Shown here: piece after piece, positions 1 through 11,700 of the stretch
Numbering within the stretch: the first letter of the stretch is position 1
Layout: the number at the start of each line of letters is the position of its first letter
From: an uncultured Spirochaetota bacterium
Lineage (GTDB): Bacteria; Spirochaetota; Spirochaetia; SZUA-6; Fen-1364
Direction: 5' to 3'
Assembly (NCBI GenBank): GCA_963820525.1
Contig: CAWGAA010000001.1
Span: 160,001 to 224,000, forward strand
DNA length: 64,000 bases
Notes under the pieces: generated by a model
Seen by the model: the letters and a program-made list of their open reading frames with translations, nothing else
Databases searched by the model: none
What the model was told of the DNA's origin: nothing
Position numbers and translations under genes: made by a program

Positions 1-491
1 CGCGAGATCGTCGCCCAATGGGAGGATCCGCTTCCTGATTGAAGAGAGCAGGAGCCCGCGGGCATAGCCGTCCCGCGTCCGCCCTATCCCTCCCGCGTTC
101 AGCGTGTCTCCCGTGAAGAGAAAGCGCCCCAGGCGGAAGCAGAGCGAGTCGATGGAGTGCCCGGGGGTCTCCAGGACCTGGAACGTGAAAGCGCCGAAGT
201 CCAGCTCGTCCCCATCCTGGATGTGGTGGGCGGGAAAATCGAGGACGCTGGGCTGGTTGGAGTAGATCTCGGCGTCATAGACTTTGAGGAGCGTCTTGAT
301 CCCGTTGATATGGGCATTGTGGGCATGGGTGACGAGGATCCTCCTGATCGAAAGCCGGTTCCCTTCCACGGCCTGCAGGAGCTGCGTGTCGAAGACTCCC
401 GGATCGATGAGCACGGCGTCTCCCCCCCGTCGCTTCCGACGAGGTACGTGTTGGAGAAGCCGACGGAGGAGAACAGCGAGTAGAAGATCAC
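1..491 (-). CDS. MBL-fold metallo-hydrolase (glyoxalase II-like); 3' end outside window; apparent frameshift at 422-428
   Basis: GTG at 491 overlaps the upstream stop (GTGA). Reads VIFYSLFSSVGFSNTYLV, then in another frame DAVLIDPG...ILVTHAHNAHING...LETPGHSIDS...FFTGDTL, the MBL motifs. One more G in the G7 run restores the frame. Confidence 0.8.
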
Positions 492-1084
492 CGCCCCACC
501 TCGACAAACGTCGCCTCGTTCGTGTTCGACGAGCGGAAATCCACGCCTCTCACCGTCCCGTCGAATCGCACCCGTGTGAGGTTGCAGTCTTTCATTCCCA
601 CCCCCTCGAACGAGCCTCCGAGGAAGCGCGAGGCGTAGAGGTTGGAGTGGTTGAACGTCGTGGCGCGGCAGCGGATCCCCATGAAGTTGCACTGCAGGAG
701 GTCGCTCTCGGCGAAGAGGCACTCCTCGATGAGTGAGCCGGCGAAGACGGAGTTCAGGAGGGTGCTGCCTGAAAAATCGCAGGCGAGGATCTCGGCCGAG
801 TCGCAGAAGACGAGCTGAAATGAGGACTTTCTCAGAAGCACGCTCCGCAGCCGAAGGCCGGCCAGGTTGCATCCCGAGACCTGGACGCCGCTTGCGTCGA
901 GATCGGCGAGAGTGATGCCGCTGATATCGTAGTCGACGAGGCGCTTCTCGCCGTGCAGGATCTCCGCGATGCGGCGGGCGTAGGAGACGACGTCATCGCA
1001 GTGGACTGAGCAAACGGAGAGACCCGTGAGCGCTGTCCCAGCGCAGTGGGGAACCGAGCAGGGGCGAAAGCTGACCATTTCCAT
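488..1084 (-). CDS. Pentapeptide-repeat protein with N-terminal Cys/His cluster
   Basis: Repeats such as CDFSG STLLN SVFAG SLIEE CLFAE SDLLQ CNFMG; N-terminal CSVPHC...CSVHC. Start is ATG 1084 or 1078. Confidence 0.8.
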   Translation of the reverse strand: MEMVSFRPCSVPHCAGTALTGLSVCSVHCDDVVSYARRIAEILHGEKRLVDYDISGITLADLDASGVQVSGCNLAGLRLRSVLLRKSSFQLVFCDSAEILACDFSGSTLLNSVFAGSLIEECLFAESDLLQCNFMGIRCRATTFNHSNLYASRFLGGSFEGVGMKDCNLTRVRFDGTVRGVDFRSSNTNEATFVEVGR

Positions 1085-1088
1085 TGAA

Positions 1089-1117
1089 AGGATATACCCA
1101 AGAGGGTGCGTCCGCAA
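1089..1117 (-). promoter_or_regulatory. Putative sigma70 promoter for the pentapeptide gene
   Basis: TTGCGG-17nt-TATCCT on the minus strand, 4 nt before ATG 1084 and 10 nt before ATG 1078. Confidence 0.45.
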
Positions 1118-1174
1118 GTCCGCGCGCGACGCCGGTTGGCTTCGCACCCATGGCTCACCGTGCATGCCTCCGGA

Positions 1175-1203
1175 TTGTATCCTCCCGGCGAATTGTATAT
1201 CAT
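1175..1203 (+). promoter_or_regulatory. Putative sigma70 promoter, leaderless transcript of the murI operon
   Basis: TTGTAT-17nt-TATCAT, 7 nt before ATG 1211. Confidence 0.55.
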
Positions 1204-1210
1204 CTGGTGC

Positions 1211-1501
1211 ATGTGCGCCTGCCATTTCTGCGGAACCGTCATCGAAAACCCGAGGGAGGTGTTTCGAGGTTCCGAATGCCCCGGATGCGGGAAGGATCTC
1301 AAGATCTGCCTCAATTGCAAGTTCTCCAGCCCCGGCGCCCACTGGGACTGTTCGGAGACGATCGACGAGCCGGTGGCGGAAAAGACCCGGGGGAATTTCT
1401 GCACCTATTTCGTTTTTCGGGATTCGGCCGCTCGGAGCGACAGTCCCCGGGGCACCGACGCCGCGCGCAAGAAGCTGGATCGGCTCTTTGGAGATGGCTG
1501 A
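1211..1501 (+). CDS. Small Cys-rich (putative Zn-binding) hypothetical protein
   Basis: CHFCG...CPGCGKDLKICLNCKF...C...NFCTYF...ARKKLDRLFG; overlaps the murI start. Confidence 0.7.
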   Translation: MCACHFCGTVIENPREVFRGSECPGCGKDLKICLNCKFSSPGAHWDCSETIDEPVAEKTRGNFCTYFVFRDSAARSDSPRGTDAARKKLDRLFGDG

Positions 1502-2285
1502 CGGGCCGATCGCCTTCATTGATTCGGGAGTCGGCGGGCTTCCCTACCTTGCCAGCACGCGGCGCTTTGTGCCGGGAAAGCGCATGGTTTACGCGGCGGA
1601 CCGTGAAAACTTCCCCTATGGAGAGAAAAGCGCCGAAGATATCACGCGTTCGGTCCTCTCGCTGACAGACCGGCTGATCCGAAAGGAAGATCCCCGGCTT
1701 ATCGTCGTGGCGTGCAACACCATGTCGGTTGTCGCGCTCGCGGCGCTGCGCTCCCGCTTCTCCCTTCCCTTCGTGGGGGTGGTTCCCGCCGTCAAGCCGG
1801 CCGCCGCCGCCTCCCGGGCCAAGTGCGTCGGGGTGCTCGCCACGCAGCGCACCGTTGAGGGGCGCTACCTCAAGGACCTCATCGAGAAGCATGCCGCAGG
1901 CTGCCGCGTGGCGAGCCTTCCCGCGGCGGATCTCGTGAGCTTCGTGGAGGAGGATTATTTCCGCTCTACTCCCGAGGAAAGGCGGGCGCGCGTCAGGCGT
2001 GAGGCTGAGCTTTTCCGCAGGGAGGGGGTGGATACGGTGGTTCTCGCCTGCACGCATTTCCTGCACCTGGAGGAGGAGTTCAAAGCCGAGCTGGGAAAAG
2101 GAATCGCCGTGGTCGACTCCCGGGAGGGAGTGGCCAGACAGGTTGCGCGGCTCCTCGACGGAGCAGAGGCCGCGCACGATGAGCGGCAGGGCGACTGCCT
2201 CTACCTCACGGGGCCGAATCCCATCGAGGAGCGCTACGTTTTCTTTGCACGGAAGTTCGGCCTGTCCCTGGCGGGAATCATCTGA
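1494..2285 (+). CDS. murI: Glutamate racemase
   Basis: IAFIDSGVGGL, FPYGEKS, VVACNT and VLACTHF catalytic motifs. Confidence 0.95.
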   Translation: MADGPIAFIDSGVGGLPYLASTRRFVPGKRMVYAADRENFPYGEKSAEDITRSVLSLTDRLIRKEDPRLIVVACNTMSVVALAALRSRFSLPFVGVVPAVKPAAAASRAKCVGVLATQRTVEGRYLKDLIEKHAAGCRVASLPAADLVSFVEEDYFRSTPEERRARVRREAELFRREGVDTVVLACTHFLHLEEEFKAELGKGIAVVDSREGVARQVARLLDGAEAAHDERQGDCLYLTGPNPIEERYVFFARKFGLSLAGII

Positions 2286-2287
2286 CA

Positions 2288-3226
2288 ATGGCGGAAACTC
2301 GAAGCGGCCAGGTGCTTTTCGGCATCAACTCGATCTATACCGTGCTGACGGAGGATGGAAGCCGGCTCCTCTGCCGGATAAAGGGAAAAGTGTTGAAGGG
2401 GGGCGGGAAGAGCTACAACCCTATCGCCGCGGGAGATTTCGTCGACATCATTCCCGATTCGATCAGTCCCGCAGGCGGAATGATCACGGGCATCAGGGAC
2501 CGGCGCACGCAGCTTGCCAGGTGGAACAAGAAGGGAAGAGCCCGGCAGGTCCTCGCCGCCAATGCGGATCTCGCCGTATGCGTCACATCGCCCAAATCCC
2601 CTCCGTTCCGGCCCCGATTCATCGACAGGATCATCGCGGCGGCGGAGGGCGGCCGGATGCAGGTTCTCGTGCTCATGAACAAATCGGACCTGGGGGTGAG
2701 CGATGAGACGAGGGAAAGGCTCTCCTCTTTCATGAGCATCGGCTATCCCGTCCTCTCGTGCTCCGCCGTCACGGGGGCCGGAATCCCGGAGCTTGCGAAG
2801 GCACTGGAGGGAAAGATCTCCGCGTTCGTCGGGCAGTCAGGGGTTGGAAAATCATCCATCCTCAACGCGATGAACCCGGGCCTGAACCTCAAGATAGGGG
2901 AAGTCTCGCAGAAGCATGACAGGGGAAGCCATACGACGAATTTCTCCGCCCTCATGACCCTCGCGGGCGGCCTGAAGGTCATCGATACGCCCGGAATCAG
3001 GGAGCTGGAGCTGTCGGATGTCCTGCCGGAAGAGCTGGCCTACCTCTTCCGCGAGTTTTCTGCCTACGCCTCATCGTGCGCTGTGCCGGTCTGCCCCCAC
3101 GACGAGGAGCCGGGCTGTGCCGTGAGGGCCGCGGTGGAGAAGGGTGAGATCCACCCGGATAGGTATGAGAGCTATATCAGGACTTTGAGCGAGCTGCGGG
3201 AAACGAGGCGCCGGCTCCATGGATGA
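2288..3226 (+). CDS. rsgA: Ribosome small subunit-dependent GTPase A
   Basis: Circularly permuted GTPase: NKSD, GQSGVGKSS, HTT, DTPG; C-terminal CxxxxCxHxxEPGC. Confidence 0.95.
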   Translation: MAETRSGQVLFGINSIYTVLTEDGSRLLCRIKGKVLKGGGKSYNPIAAGDFVDIIPDSISPAGGMITGIRDRRTQLARWNKKGRARQVLAANADLAVCVTSPKSPPFRPRFIDRIIAAAEGGRMQVLVLMNKSDLGVSDETRERLSSFMSIGYPVLSCSAVTGAGIPELAKALEGKISAFVGQSGVGKSSILNAMNPGLNLKIGEVSQKHDRGSHTTNFSALMTLAGGLKVIDTPGIRELELSDVLPEELAYLFREFSAYASSCAVPVCPHDEEPGCAVRAAVEKGEIHPDRYESYIRTLSELRETRRRLHG

Positions 3227-5561
3227 GCATTCGATCGAGCTCCTGGAGTTCGAAAGGATCAGGGGCGAGCTCATCGGGCTGTGCCTGAGCCCCCAGGGAG
3301 CCCGGCTCGTTTCGGGCCAGGATTTCGAGACGGAGCCTTCACGAATCAAGGAATCCCTCGATCTCGCGCTGGCGGCGCGCGCGGCGCTGGAGGCCGGTAT
3401 TCCTCTGCCCGGCTTCGATTTTCCCGACATTGATGAAATACTCCCTGTTCTTGGCAAGGCAGGCCTCGAGCTTGAAGGAGAGGAGCTGGCGGCCGTGGGC
3501 AGGAGCATCCTCTCCAGCCTGAAGCTCAAGCGCTTCGTCGTGAAGGCCTCGGAGCAGGAGAGGCTGCGGCGGATCGCTCAGGAGATCCCCGACCTTTCCC
3601 CGGTCTCGCGCCGCATCTTCCATACCGTGGATCCCGAGGGAAACCTCCGGGAGAAGCGGATCCCCGAGCTGGCCGCGATCCGGGATCGCATCCGCCGGCT
3701 GCGGGAGGAGGCCGAGCGCACCGCGCGGGGGATGCTCGATTCGGACTCCTCCCGGTCCTACTGGCAGTCGAACCTTCCCACGCAGAGGGACGGCAGGCTC
3801 GTCCTGCCTTTGAAGAGCCAGTTCAAGGGCCGCGTGAAAGGAATCGTCCACGAGATGTCGGCGAGCGGCTCCACCGTTTTCATAGAGCCGCTGGAGATCG
3901 TCGAGAAAAACAACGCGATAGTTCAGGAGGAGAGCCTCTACAAGCAGGAGGTGCGCAGAGTCCTTCGCGGACTTTCCGCCGAAGTGTCGGAGCGCTTCCG
4001 CGAGCTCGCCGAAATGTCGCGTGTGGTCGCCGAGGTGGATGCCCTGCTTGCCCGCGCGCGCTATGCGATATTGTACCGGTGCCGCGCGGCGGAGCCCAGC
4101 CCGGACAGGGTTTCTCTTCGGGAAGCCCGCCACCCCCTGCTCGGCTCGTCATGCATTCCCATTACCATTGCCGCGGGGGGAGAGTACACCATCCTCATCA
4201 TCACGGGGCCGAACACGGGAGGAAAGACCGTCAGCCTCAAGACCGTCGGCGTGCTCGCCCTCATGAACCAGTTCGGCATGGAAATCACGGCTGCCGAATG
4301 CTCCACGCTCCCCGCCTTTGACGGGATCTTCGCCGATATCGGCGACGAGCAGTCCATCGAGCAGTCCCTCTCCACCTTCTCGGCCCACGTGACGAACCTG
4401 GCGAAGATCTTCGAGGGCGTCACCTCACGTTCCCTGGTGCTTCTGGACGAGCTGGGGGCGGGAACCGATCCGGAGGAGGGGGTGGCCCTCGCCATGGCGA
4501 TTCTTGACCGTCTCCTGGAGTCCGGCTCCACGGTCTTTTCCACAACTCACCACGGCATTCTCAAGAACTACGGCTACACCCGAAGCGGGGTTCAAAACGC
4601 TTCCATGGGATTCGACAGGGAGACCCTGAGCCCGACGTACCGGATCCTCATGGGCGTGCCGGGTGAAAGCCATGCACTGGAGATAGCCCGCCGCAGGGGA
4701 ATTCCCCCGGAGGTCGTGGCCAACGCCGTTGCTTACCTTGCGGATGAAAGGACGGAGCTCTCCCAGATCGTGGCGAACCTCTCCGAGCGGCACCAGAAGC
4801 TCGCCCAGGCCGAGGAAGAGCACCGGGCGAAGGAGTCGGATCTGCGGGAGAAGAGGAGGAGGACCGACCTCAAGGAGCTGGCCCTCCGACAGAAGGAGCT
4901 TGAGCTTCGCAGGCAGGGGTTGAAGGAGCTTCGCGACTTCCTCTCCTCGATCAGGAAGGAATGGGAGGAGCTGCGGGCCGCAATGGCGGAAGCACCGCCG
5001 GGCCGCGGGGAGGTCGGACGGCTGTTCGGCGGAGTCCAGGAGCGGATAGAAAAGGAGGAGGCGCGGATCGCCCAGGAAAGGGAGAGCCTCACCCTCCCGG
5101 GGGAGGTGGAGATCCGCGAGGGAATGGAGGTGACGATCAGAAACAGCGCCCGGAGAGGCAGGGTCCTGCGGAGGGACCGGGGCAACAGGTGGGTGGTGGA
5201 GACCGAGACGATGCGCCTGTCCCTGCTTCCCTCGGAAATGAGGCCGGTGGAAGATTCGGGACCTCCACCGTCAGAGGTGCGGGTGAGCTACGTCACCTCG
5301 GAAGCTTCTCCGCTTCCCGTCGTGGAGCTCGACCTCCGTGGAATGAGGCTTGAGGAGGCCATCCGCAGCCTGGAGAGGCAGATCGACAGCGCCCTGGTTC
5401 ACGGCCTGCGGCAGTTCGGGGTAATCCACGGGAAAGGGGAGGGGATCCTCCAGCGCGCCATCCATCAATATCTCAAGGAGGCGCCGATGGTTGAAAACTA
5501 CCATTTCTCGGCCCCCGAGGAAGGCGGATTCGGCAGGACCCTGGTGGTGCTGAAGGGCTGA
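3219..5561 (+). CDS. mutS2: MutS2 family protein with Smr domain
   Basis: ITGPNTGGKT, DIGDEQSIEQSLSTFSAH, LLDELGAGTDP; C-terminal Smr LDLRG...IHGKGEG. Confidence 0.95.
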   Translation: MDEHSIELLEFERIRGELIGLCLSPQGARLVSGQDFETEPSRIKESLDLALAARAALEAGIPLPGFDFPDIDEILPVLGKAGLELEGEELAAVGRSILSSLKLKRFVVKASEQERLRRIAQEIPDLSPVSRRIFHTVDPEGNLREKRIPELAAIRDRIRRLREEAERTARGMLDSDSSRSYWQSNLPTQRDGRLVLPLKSQFKGRVKGIVHEMSASGSTVFIEPLEIVEKNNAIVQEESLYKQEVRRVLRGLSAEVSERFRELAEMSRVVAEVDALLARARYAILYRCRAAEPSPDRVSLREARHPLLGSSCIPITIAAGGEYTILIITGPNTGGKTVSLKTVGVLALMNQFGMEITAAECSTLPAFDGIFADIGDEQSIEQSLSTFSAHVTNLAKIFEGVTSRSLVLLDELGAGTDPEEGVALAMAILDRLLESGSTVFSTTHHGILKNYGYTRSGVQNASMGFDRETLSPTYRILMGVPGESHALEIARRRGIPPEVVANAVAYLADERTELSQIVANLSERHQKLAQAEEEHRAKESDLREKRRRTDLKELALRQKELELRRQGLKELRDFLSSIRKEWEELRAAMAEAPPGRGEVGRLFGGVQERIEKEEARIAQERESLTLPGEVEIREGMEVTIRNSARRGRVLRRDRGNRWVVETETMRLSLLPSEMRPVEDSGPPPSEVRVSYVTSEASPLPVVELDLRGMRLEEAIRSLERQIDSALVHGLRQFGVIHGKGEGILQRAIHQYLKEAPMVENYHFSAPEEGGFGRTLVVLKG

Positions 5562-5572
5562 ACGCGGGGCCT

Positions 5573-5611
5573 CCCCGGCGGGCTTGGCGCCTTCCGCCAA
5601 GCCCGCCGGGG
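5573..5611. terminator. 17-bp perfect GC-rich hairpin after mutS2 (terminator or REP-like)
   Basis: CCCCGGCGGGCTTGGCG-ccttc-CGCCAAGCCCGCCGGGG; no U-tract. Confidence 0.55.
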
Positions 5612-5660
5612 GACTGCGCGCGCTCAAGCGGACGAGCGCTGACGGTTTGCGCGCCCTCTC

Positions 5661-5690
5661 TTGCGCGCGAAATGAGTGAAAGTGTAGTAT
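5661..5690 (+). promoter_or_regulatory. Putative sigma70 promoter, leaderless
   Basis: TTGCGC-18nt-TAGTAT, 6 nt before ATG 5697. Confidence 0.5.
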
Positions 5691-5696
5691 GGCGCG

Positions 5697-5975
5697 ATGA
5701 ACTCCGGGCTCGTTTTCCAGCTCTTTTCGTCGTGGAAGATCATTTTCGTCTGCGCCTGCATCATGTTCCTGCTGCCCCTCATATTCTACCTGGCGTCGCT
5801 CAAGCCGGCGCGCCGGCGTCTTCCCCCATTGAAGCTCGGAAAGTCGAAGAAAGCCCGCCCGGCGCCCGCCGCTTCCAAAGCCACGGAGGAAAGGGGAAGG
5901 GGGGAAAGGCACAGGGAGGAGAAGCGAGAGGAAGAGAAGGAAGAGGACGAGACCGAGTACAGGGAACGGAAATGA
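5697..5975 (+). CDS. Small single-TM membrane protein with charged tail
   Basis: Hydrophobic [21 protein letters not shown] then a K/R/E-rich tail; stop overlaps the uvrA ATG. Confidence 0.65.
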   Translation: MNSGLVFQLFSSWKIIFVCACIMFLLPLIFYLASLKPARRRLPPLKLGKSKKARPAPAASKATEERGRGERHREEKREEEKEEDETEYRERK

Positions 5976-8797
5976 AGAGCATCGTCATCAAGGGTGCCCG
6001 GGAGCACAACCTGAAGAACATCGACCTGGAGCTCCCCCGGGACAAGCTGATCGTCATTTCCGGCCTGAGCGGCTCAGGAAAGTCTTCCCTTGCTTTCGAT
6101 ACGATCTTTGCCGAAGGGCAGAGACGTTACGTGGAATCTCTCTCCTCCTACGCCCGCCAGTTCCTGGGCAGGCTGGACAAACCGGACCTGGATTCCATCG
6201 AAGGGCTCTCCCCCGCCATCGCGATCGAGCAGAAGACGACCCGCCGCAATCCCCGCTCAACCGTGGGGACGGTAACTGAAATCTACGATTACCTCAGGCT
6301 CCTCTTTGCGCGGATCGGCACCCCCCATTGCCCCAAGTGCGGAAGGGAGATCCAGGAGCAGTCGGTCGATCAGATCGTGGACTCCCTTTCGCTCCTGCCC
6401 GAGGGCATGAAGCTCACCCTCCTTGCCCCCGTGGTCTCGGGCAAGAAGGGCGAGCACCAGAAGGTTCTCACCGACGCCAAGCGCCTCGGCTACGTGAGGG
6501 TGCGCGTGGACGGAGATGTCCGCACCCTCGATGAGCAGATCGTTCTGGACAAGAAGAAGAAGCACTCGATCGAAATCGTCGTCGACAGGCTCGTGGCGAG
6601 CCCCGATGCCAGGAAGAGACTGGCCGAATCCGTCGAGAACGGCCTGGAGGTCTCGGGGGGGACGATCGTCGCCCTGGTCAAGGAAAAGAACGGGGAGCGC
6701 GAGGTGATGTACTCTCAGACCAGCTCCTGTCCTGTCGACGGGATCAGCATTCCGCAGCTCCAGCCCCGGCTTTTCTCCTTCAACAACCCCTTCGGGGCCT
6801 GCACGGAGTGCTCCGGGCTGGGAGTCACCCTGGAGTTCGATCGCGAGCTCGTGATCCCCAACCCGGATCTCTCCTTCAACGAAGGAGCCATCGTTCCCTA
6901 CAACCCCAAGGCGAACTGGTACAGGAGCCAGTTCGAATCTCTGGCGAAACACTTCACGTTCAGCCTGGATACCCCGCTGTCGAAGCTTCCCGCTGCGGTG
7001 ATTGAGGCGATCCTCTACGGGACGAAGGAGAAGATCGGGTTCAAATACACGAGCAGGGACGGGCGCGGCAAGTGGGAGTTCGAGTCGGGATACCGGGGAG
7101 TCCTCAATGAGCTGAAGCGCAGGTATCTCGAATCGAGCTCGGAGGACGTGAAGCAATGGCTTGAGGGCTTCATGGCCCAGAAGGAATGCGAGGCCTGCGG
7201 GGGAAGGAGGCTGAAGCCGGAGGTGCTTGCCGTCACCGTGGGAGGGAAGAATATCCACGAAGTGGCAAGCCTCTCCGTGCTTGATTCCATCTCCTTTTTT
7301 TCCACGCTGGAGCTTTCGACGACACAGCGCGCCATCGCGCGCCAGATTCTCAAGGAGTTGGCGAGCCGCCTGTTCTTCATGAAAAACGTCGGACTGTCCT
7401 ACCTCACCCTGGAGCGGCGGGCTTCCACGCTTTCCGGCGGCGAAGCCCATCGGATACGGCTGGCCACGCAGATCGGGTCCTCCCTCGTCGGCGTGCTCTA
7501 CATTCTCGACGAGCCCACCATCGGGCTCCACCAGCGCGACAACGAGATGCTGATCAGCACCCTTACTCACCTGCGCGACATCGGCAATACCCTTATCGTG
7601 GTGGAGCACGACGAACAGACCCTGAGGACCGCTGATTACATCGTGGACCTCGGCCCCGGCGCCGGAGTCCATGGGGGCCATGTCGTGGCCGCAGGCACTT
7701 TTGACGAGGTGGCAGGCAATTCCAAGTCCCTCACGGGACAGTTTCTCACCGGCGCCCTGACCATCGAGCCGCGCCTCCTGCGGCGAAAGGGAAACGGAAA
7801 GGCCATCAGCCTCTTCGGTGCGGCGGAGCACAATCTCAAGGACATCGATGTCCGCTTTCCCCTCGGAGTGCTCACCGTCATCACGGGGGTATCAGGCTCG
7901 GGCAAGTCGTCCCTCCTCACGGACCTCCTCCATCCCATCCTCTCGAATAGAGTGGCCCGCACCCACTGGCCGGAGGGGAAGTACCGGTCCATCGAGGGAG
8001 TGGAGGAGATCGACAAGGTCATCAACATCGACCAGAGCCCCATCGGGCGCACCCCCCGCTCCAACCCGGCAACCTACGTCGGCCTCTTCGGCCCGATACG
8101 GAGCCTCTTTTCCCAGCTTCCCGAGGCCAAGGCGATGGGCTTCAAGGCAGGCCGCTTCTCTTTCAATGTCAAAGGGGGGCGCTGCGAGAAGTGCCAGGGG
8201 GCGGGCACGGTCACGATCGAGATGCATTTCCTTCCCGACGTGTACATCACCTGCGATGTCTGCAAGGGGCGCAGGTACAACCGCGAGACCCTCGAGGTCA
8301 GGTACAAGGGAAAGAACATCCACGAGATCCTCGAGATGACGGTTGAGGAGGCGTTCGCTTTCTTCCGCCATATTCCCCCCGTGGCCGGAAAGCTCAGGAC
8401 CCTCCAGGATGTCGGCCTCGGCTACGTCAAGCTCGGTCAATCCGCGCTCACCCTCTCGGGAGGCGAGGCCCAGCGGGTGAAGCTTTCCCTGGAGCTTTCC
8501 AAGCGGAGCACGGGCCGCACCTTCTACATCCTGGACGAGCCGACGACGGGCCTTCACTTCGTGGACGTGAAAAAATTGATGGAGGTGCTGCAGATTCTCG
8601 TTGACAACGGCAACACGGTGGTCCTCATCGAGCACAACCTCGACGTCGTCAAGTGCGCGGACTATGTCATCGACCTGGGCCCCGAGGGCGGAGACCGGGG
8701 GGGGTATATCGTGGCCGAGGGTACGCCGGAGGAGGTTTCGCGAGCGCGGTCTTCCTACACGGGCCAGTTCCTCAGTCGGGTGCTGGGCGCCCGATGA
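5972..8797 (+). CDS. uvrA: Excinuclease ABC subunit A
   Basis: [32 protein letters not shown]; second ABC domain [20 protein letters not shown]. Confidence 0.98.
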   Translation: MKSIVIKGAREHNLKNIDLELPRDKLIVISGLSGSGKSSLAFDTIFAEGQRRYVESLSSYARQFLGRLDKPDLDSIEGLSPAIAIEQKTTRRNPRSTVGTVTEIYDYLRLLFARIGTPHCPKCGREIQEQSVDQIVDSLSLLPEGMKLTLLAPVVSGKKGEHQKVLTDAKRLGYVRVRVDGDVRTLDEQIVLDKKKKHSIEIVVDRLVASPDARKRLAESVENGLEVSGGTIVALVKEKNGEREVMYSQTSSCPVDGISIPQLQPRLFSFNNPFGACTECSGLGVTLEFDRELVIPNPDLSFNEGAIVPYNPKANWYRSQFESLAKHFTFSLDTPLSKLPAAVIEAILYGTKEKIGFKYTSRDGRGKWEFESGYRGVLNELKRRYLESSSEDVKQWLEGFMAQKECEACGGRRLKPEVLAVTVGGKNIHEVASLSVLDSISFFSTLELSTTQRAIARQILKELASRLFFMKNVGLSYLTLERRASTLSGGEAHRIRLATQIGSSLVGVLYILDEPTIGLHQRDNEMLISTLTHLRDIGNTLIVVEHDEQTLRTADYIVDLGPGAGVHGGHVVAAGTFDEVAGNSKSLTGQFLTGALTIEPRLLRRKGNGKAISLFGAAEHNLKDIDVRFPLGVLTVITGVSGSGKSSLLTDLLHPILSNRVARTHWPEGKYRSIEGVEEIDKVINIDQSPIGRTPRSNPATYVGLFGPIRSLFSQLPEAKAMGFKAGRFSFNVKGGRCEKCQGAGTVTIEMHFLPDVYITCDVCKGRRYNRETLEVRYKGKNIHEILEMTVEEAFAFFRHIPPVAGKLRTLQDVGLGYVKLGQSALTLSGGEAQRVKLSLELSKRSTGRTFYILDEPTTGLHFVDVKKLMEVLQILVDNGNTVVLIEHNLDVVKCADYVIDLGPEGGDRGGYIVAEGTPEEVSRARSSYTGQFLSRVLGAR

Positions 8798-11700
8798 AGA
8801 GGCTGGTCCTCCTTTTCCTTCTGCTCTCCTCAGCTTCCATTCTCCTCGCTGAGGACCAGCCTCCCGCCCCCTCTCCCGCTCCCCCCGTTCCGCCCAAGGA
8901 AGCGGAACAACCCCCGAGCCCTCCCACTGCGGAGGGTCTGGTCTCGACCACCCTGCCCGAGGATATCTCGACGGCGAGCTACTACGAGCTGGTCGCATGG
9001 TGCCGCCAGCTCGGTCTCGACGATTCGGGGTCCCGGGCGGACATCCAGAAGAAGCTCTATACCTATTACAAGATCACGCCTCCCGCGGAGGCGGCAAAGG
9101 GGAAACGCGTCATTTCGGTGCGCTCCGCAAAGGAATCGGAGTATTTCACCGTTGAGCAGGTGAGCGAGAAATACATCGTGCTTCGCGGCGACGTGGTCGT
9201 GATCCTCTCGGATCAGGAGTCTGGGGCGGTGCAGGAGATCCACGCTCAGAAGATCACCTACAACCAGACCCTCAATTCAGTCACGGCGGAAGGAGGGGTG
9301 GAGTACAAGATAACGCGAAGCGGAAAAACGGATACCTTCACGGGAGAGAGCCTCTCCTTCGACGTGGACACCGGAGAGGGGGCCTTCTACAACGGCAGGA
9401 CCTCCCGCCCCCTGAACCGGGGAGACCAGCAGGTCACCTTCTTTTTCCAGGGCGACACGATCTCGCGGCTCGAGAACGACACCGTGGTTCTCGGCAACGG
9501 AAGCTTCACCTCCTGCGATTTGCAGGAGGCGCCGCATTGGCAGATGAAGGCCACCCGCGTGTGGATCCTGGGGCCGGGGGAATGGGCCCTGCAGAACGCG
9601 GTCCTCTCCGTCGGCCGAATCCCCATGCTGTATCTTCCCTTCTTCTTCCTCCCGGGAGACGAGCTTTTTTTCAACCCCTCCATCGGGTACGATCTGAGAA
9701 AAGGCGAGTACCTCCAGACCACGACGTACCTCATCGGAAAGAAGAAGCCGCAAAAAGGCACCTCCTTCTCCTTCATGCAGATGGCATCGGGAGAAGAGAC
9801 CGACTACGATCTGGAGCTTCACGGCCTGTTCCTCCGCAAGATCCCCCCCAAGGAATCGGGCAAGAAGGCGGATACCTCTTCGCTGAAGGTCCAGCTCGAC
9901 GGATACTCGAGCCTCGGAGTCTTTCTGGGCCTTGCCGGGGATTTCCCTCCTCTGGTCACTTTCCAGCTCGGCCTGGCGGAGAGCCGCAGCATCACCACCG
10001 ATTCCTTTGGCGCCAACACACCGCTTTTCATCCAGCCCGATGGAAGCACCACCAGCTACTGGAACCAGTCATCGATCTTCGGACTGCCGGTTCCCTTCCG
10101 TTTCGGCATGCAGGGAGACCTGAATGCCTCGGCAAGCTTCGGCTCAATCACGTCGCACTTCGAGTATTTCTCCGACCCCTTCTTCACGCAGGATTTCTAC
10201 ACCAGAAGCGAGGGCATCCAGTTCACGAGCAATCTTGCCGCCCTCCTGGTGCCGCCTCAGCAGACAGCCATCCAGAGCAACCTCTCCTGGGACTTTACGA
10301 GCAGGGCAGACTTTTCCAGCCTCATCAAGACTTCCCTGCTTCAGTCATTCTCCATCCCCTCCTTCAACCTCAAGTTCACCTGGCAGAGCAAGGAGACCCC
10401 ATCGACCGCAGGCACGCCCCTGTCCGTCGACCCCGGCAGGGTGTTCTACTACCCTTCGAGCCTCGTGGCGCCCAATTTCTCGCTTTCCGCATCGGGGGAG
10501 ATCCTGCATTACAGCTCGCTGCAGGAGGCGACTGGGCAACAGCCTCCGGCGCCGGCGGGGGCCCCCCCGGCACCGCAAACCCCCGCGAGCACACCTCCCG
10601 CCCCTGGCACGCCGCCGGCAGCGCAGCCCCCCGCCGCGCCGGGGACTCCCCCGGCACCGGGCACGCAAGAATCGCCGGGCGCGCCTCCAACGCCGGCGCA
10701 GCAGCCCCCTGCTTCGCCTCCGACGCAAGGAAATCCTCCAGTGCCGCCTGCCGGCGAGCCGGCGCCTCAAGCGAAGCAGCAGGCTTCGCCATCCGCCGAT
10801 CCGGGCAGGGGTTTTCGCCCACCCGTCAAGCCATTTCAGGCCGAAAAGCAGGAAGCGAAGGCTCCCGCCGTGGACCACTTTGTTTTTCGCGCGCCACAGC
10901 TGCGAAAGGACCAGACGATCTCCGCACAGCAGATGGAGACAACGGCTTCAATCGCCTACCAGGTGCAGCCGCGCGCGACCCTCGAGCAGACCTTCGATTC
11001 CAGCTCCTGGCAGTCGCAGAAGGATGTCGACTTCCGCCTCCTCTATGGCACGTTCGAGACGGGCGGCTCCAGCCAGCTCTCGGGCAATATCACGTTCTTC
11101 AACAAGGGCTTGAGTTCCACTCTCACCCTGGCCGCGGACGGGACCTACCGCAATCGCTACAGCCCTTCCTCGTCGCTCACGCCTTCGCAGTGGCAGAGCC
11201 TCCTGCTGGGAGACCTGCAGCAGGACCGTTTCGCGCTGCGGAGCATATTCCAGAGCACCGTGCTCCCCCTGGCGCAGGTTCCGCTTCTCTCCGCCTCTAA
11301 TCTCAACTACAGGCTGAACCTGAGGCTGTATCAGCTCAGCACGATTGGAAGCGACCCTCTCAATCCGCAGTTCAATGGGGTTGGCCCGGCCTGGGATCAG
11401 ACCGCGATTTCAGAGCATGCTCTCCAGGGAACCCTCGCGCTCAAGGCTTTCGATCAGAGCCAGACGCTTGCCGTGACCGCGCAGCTTCCCCCCCTCAACC
11501 AAAGCCTGATGGCGCGGCTGGACACGGGAATCTGGATCTTCAAGACCTACGCCCAAGGCGGAGCCACCCAGCTGGCCGGGGTCTGGCAGTACCAACCCCT
11601 CGTTGCAGGGGAGATCGTTCAGTTCTCCACGGATGCCAATATCTCGGAGGAGCTTCAGTTCGATGTGAGCGGAAGGGCTTTGAGCAAGTCGACGAGCCAG

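Noticed and set aside
5672..5971. 100-aa N-terminal extension of UvrA in the ORF track
   Set aside because: The canonical UvrA start is ATG 5972; the upstream region encodes a small membrane protein in another frame.
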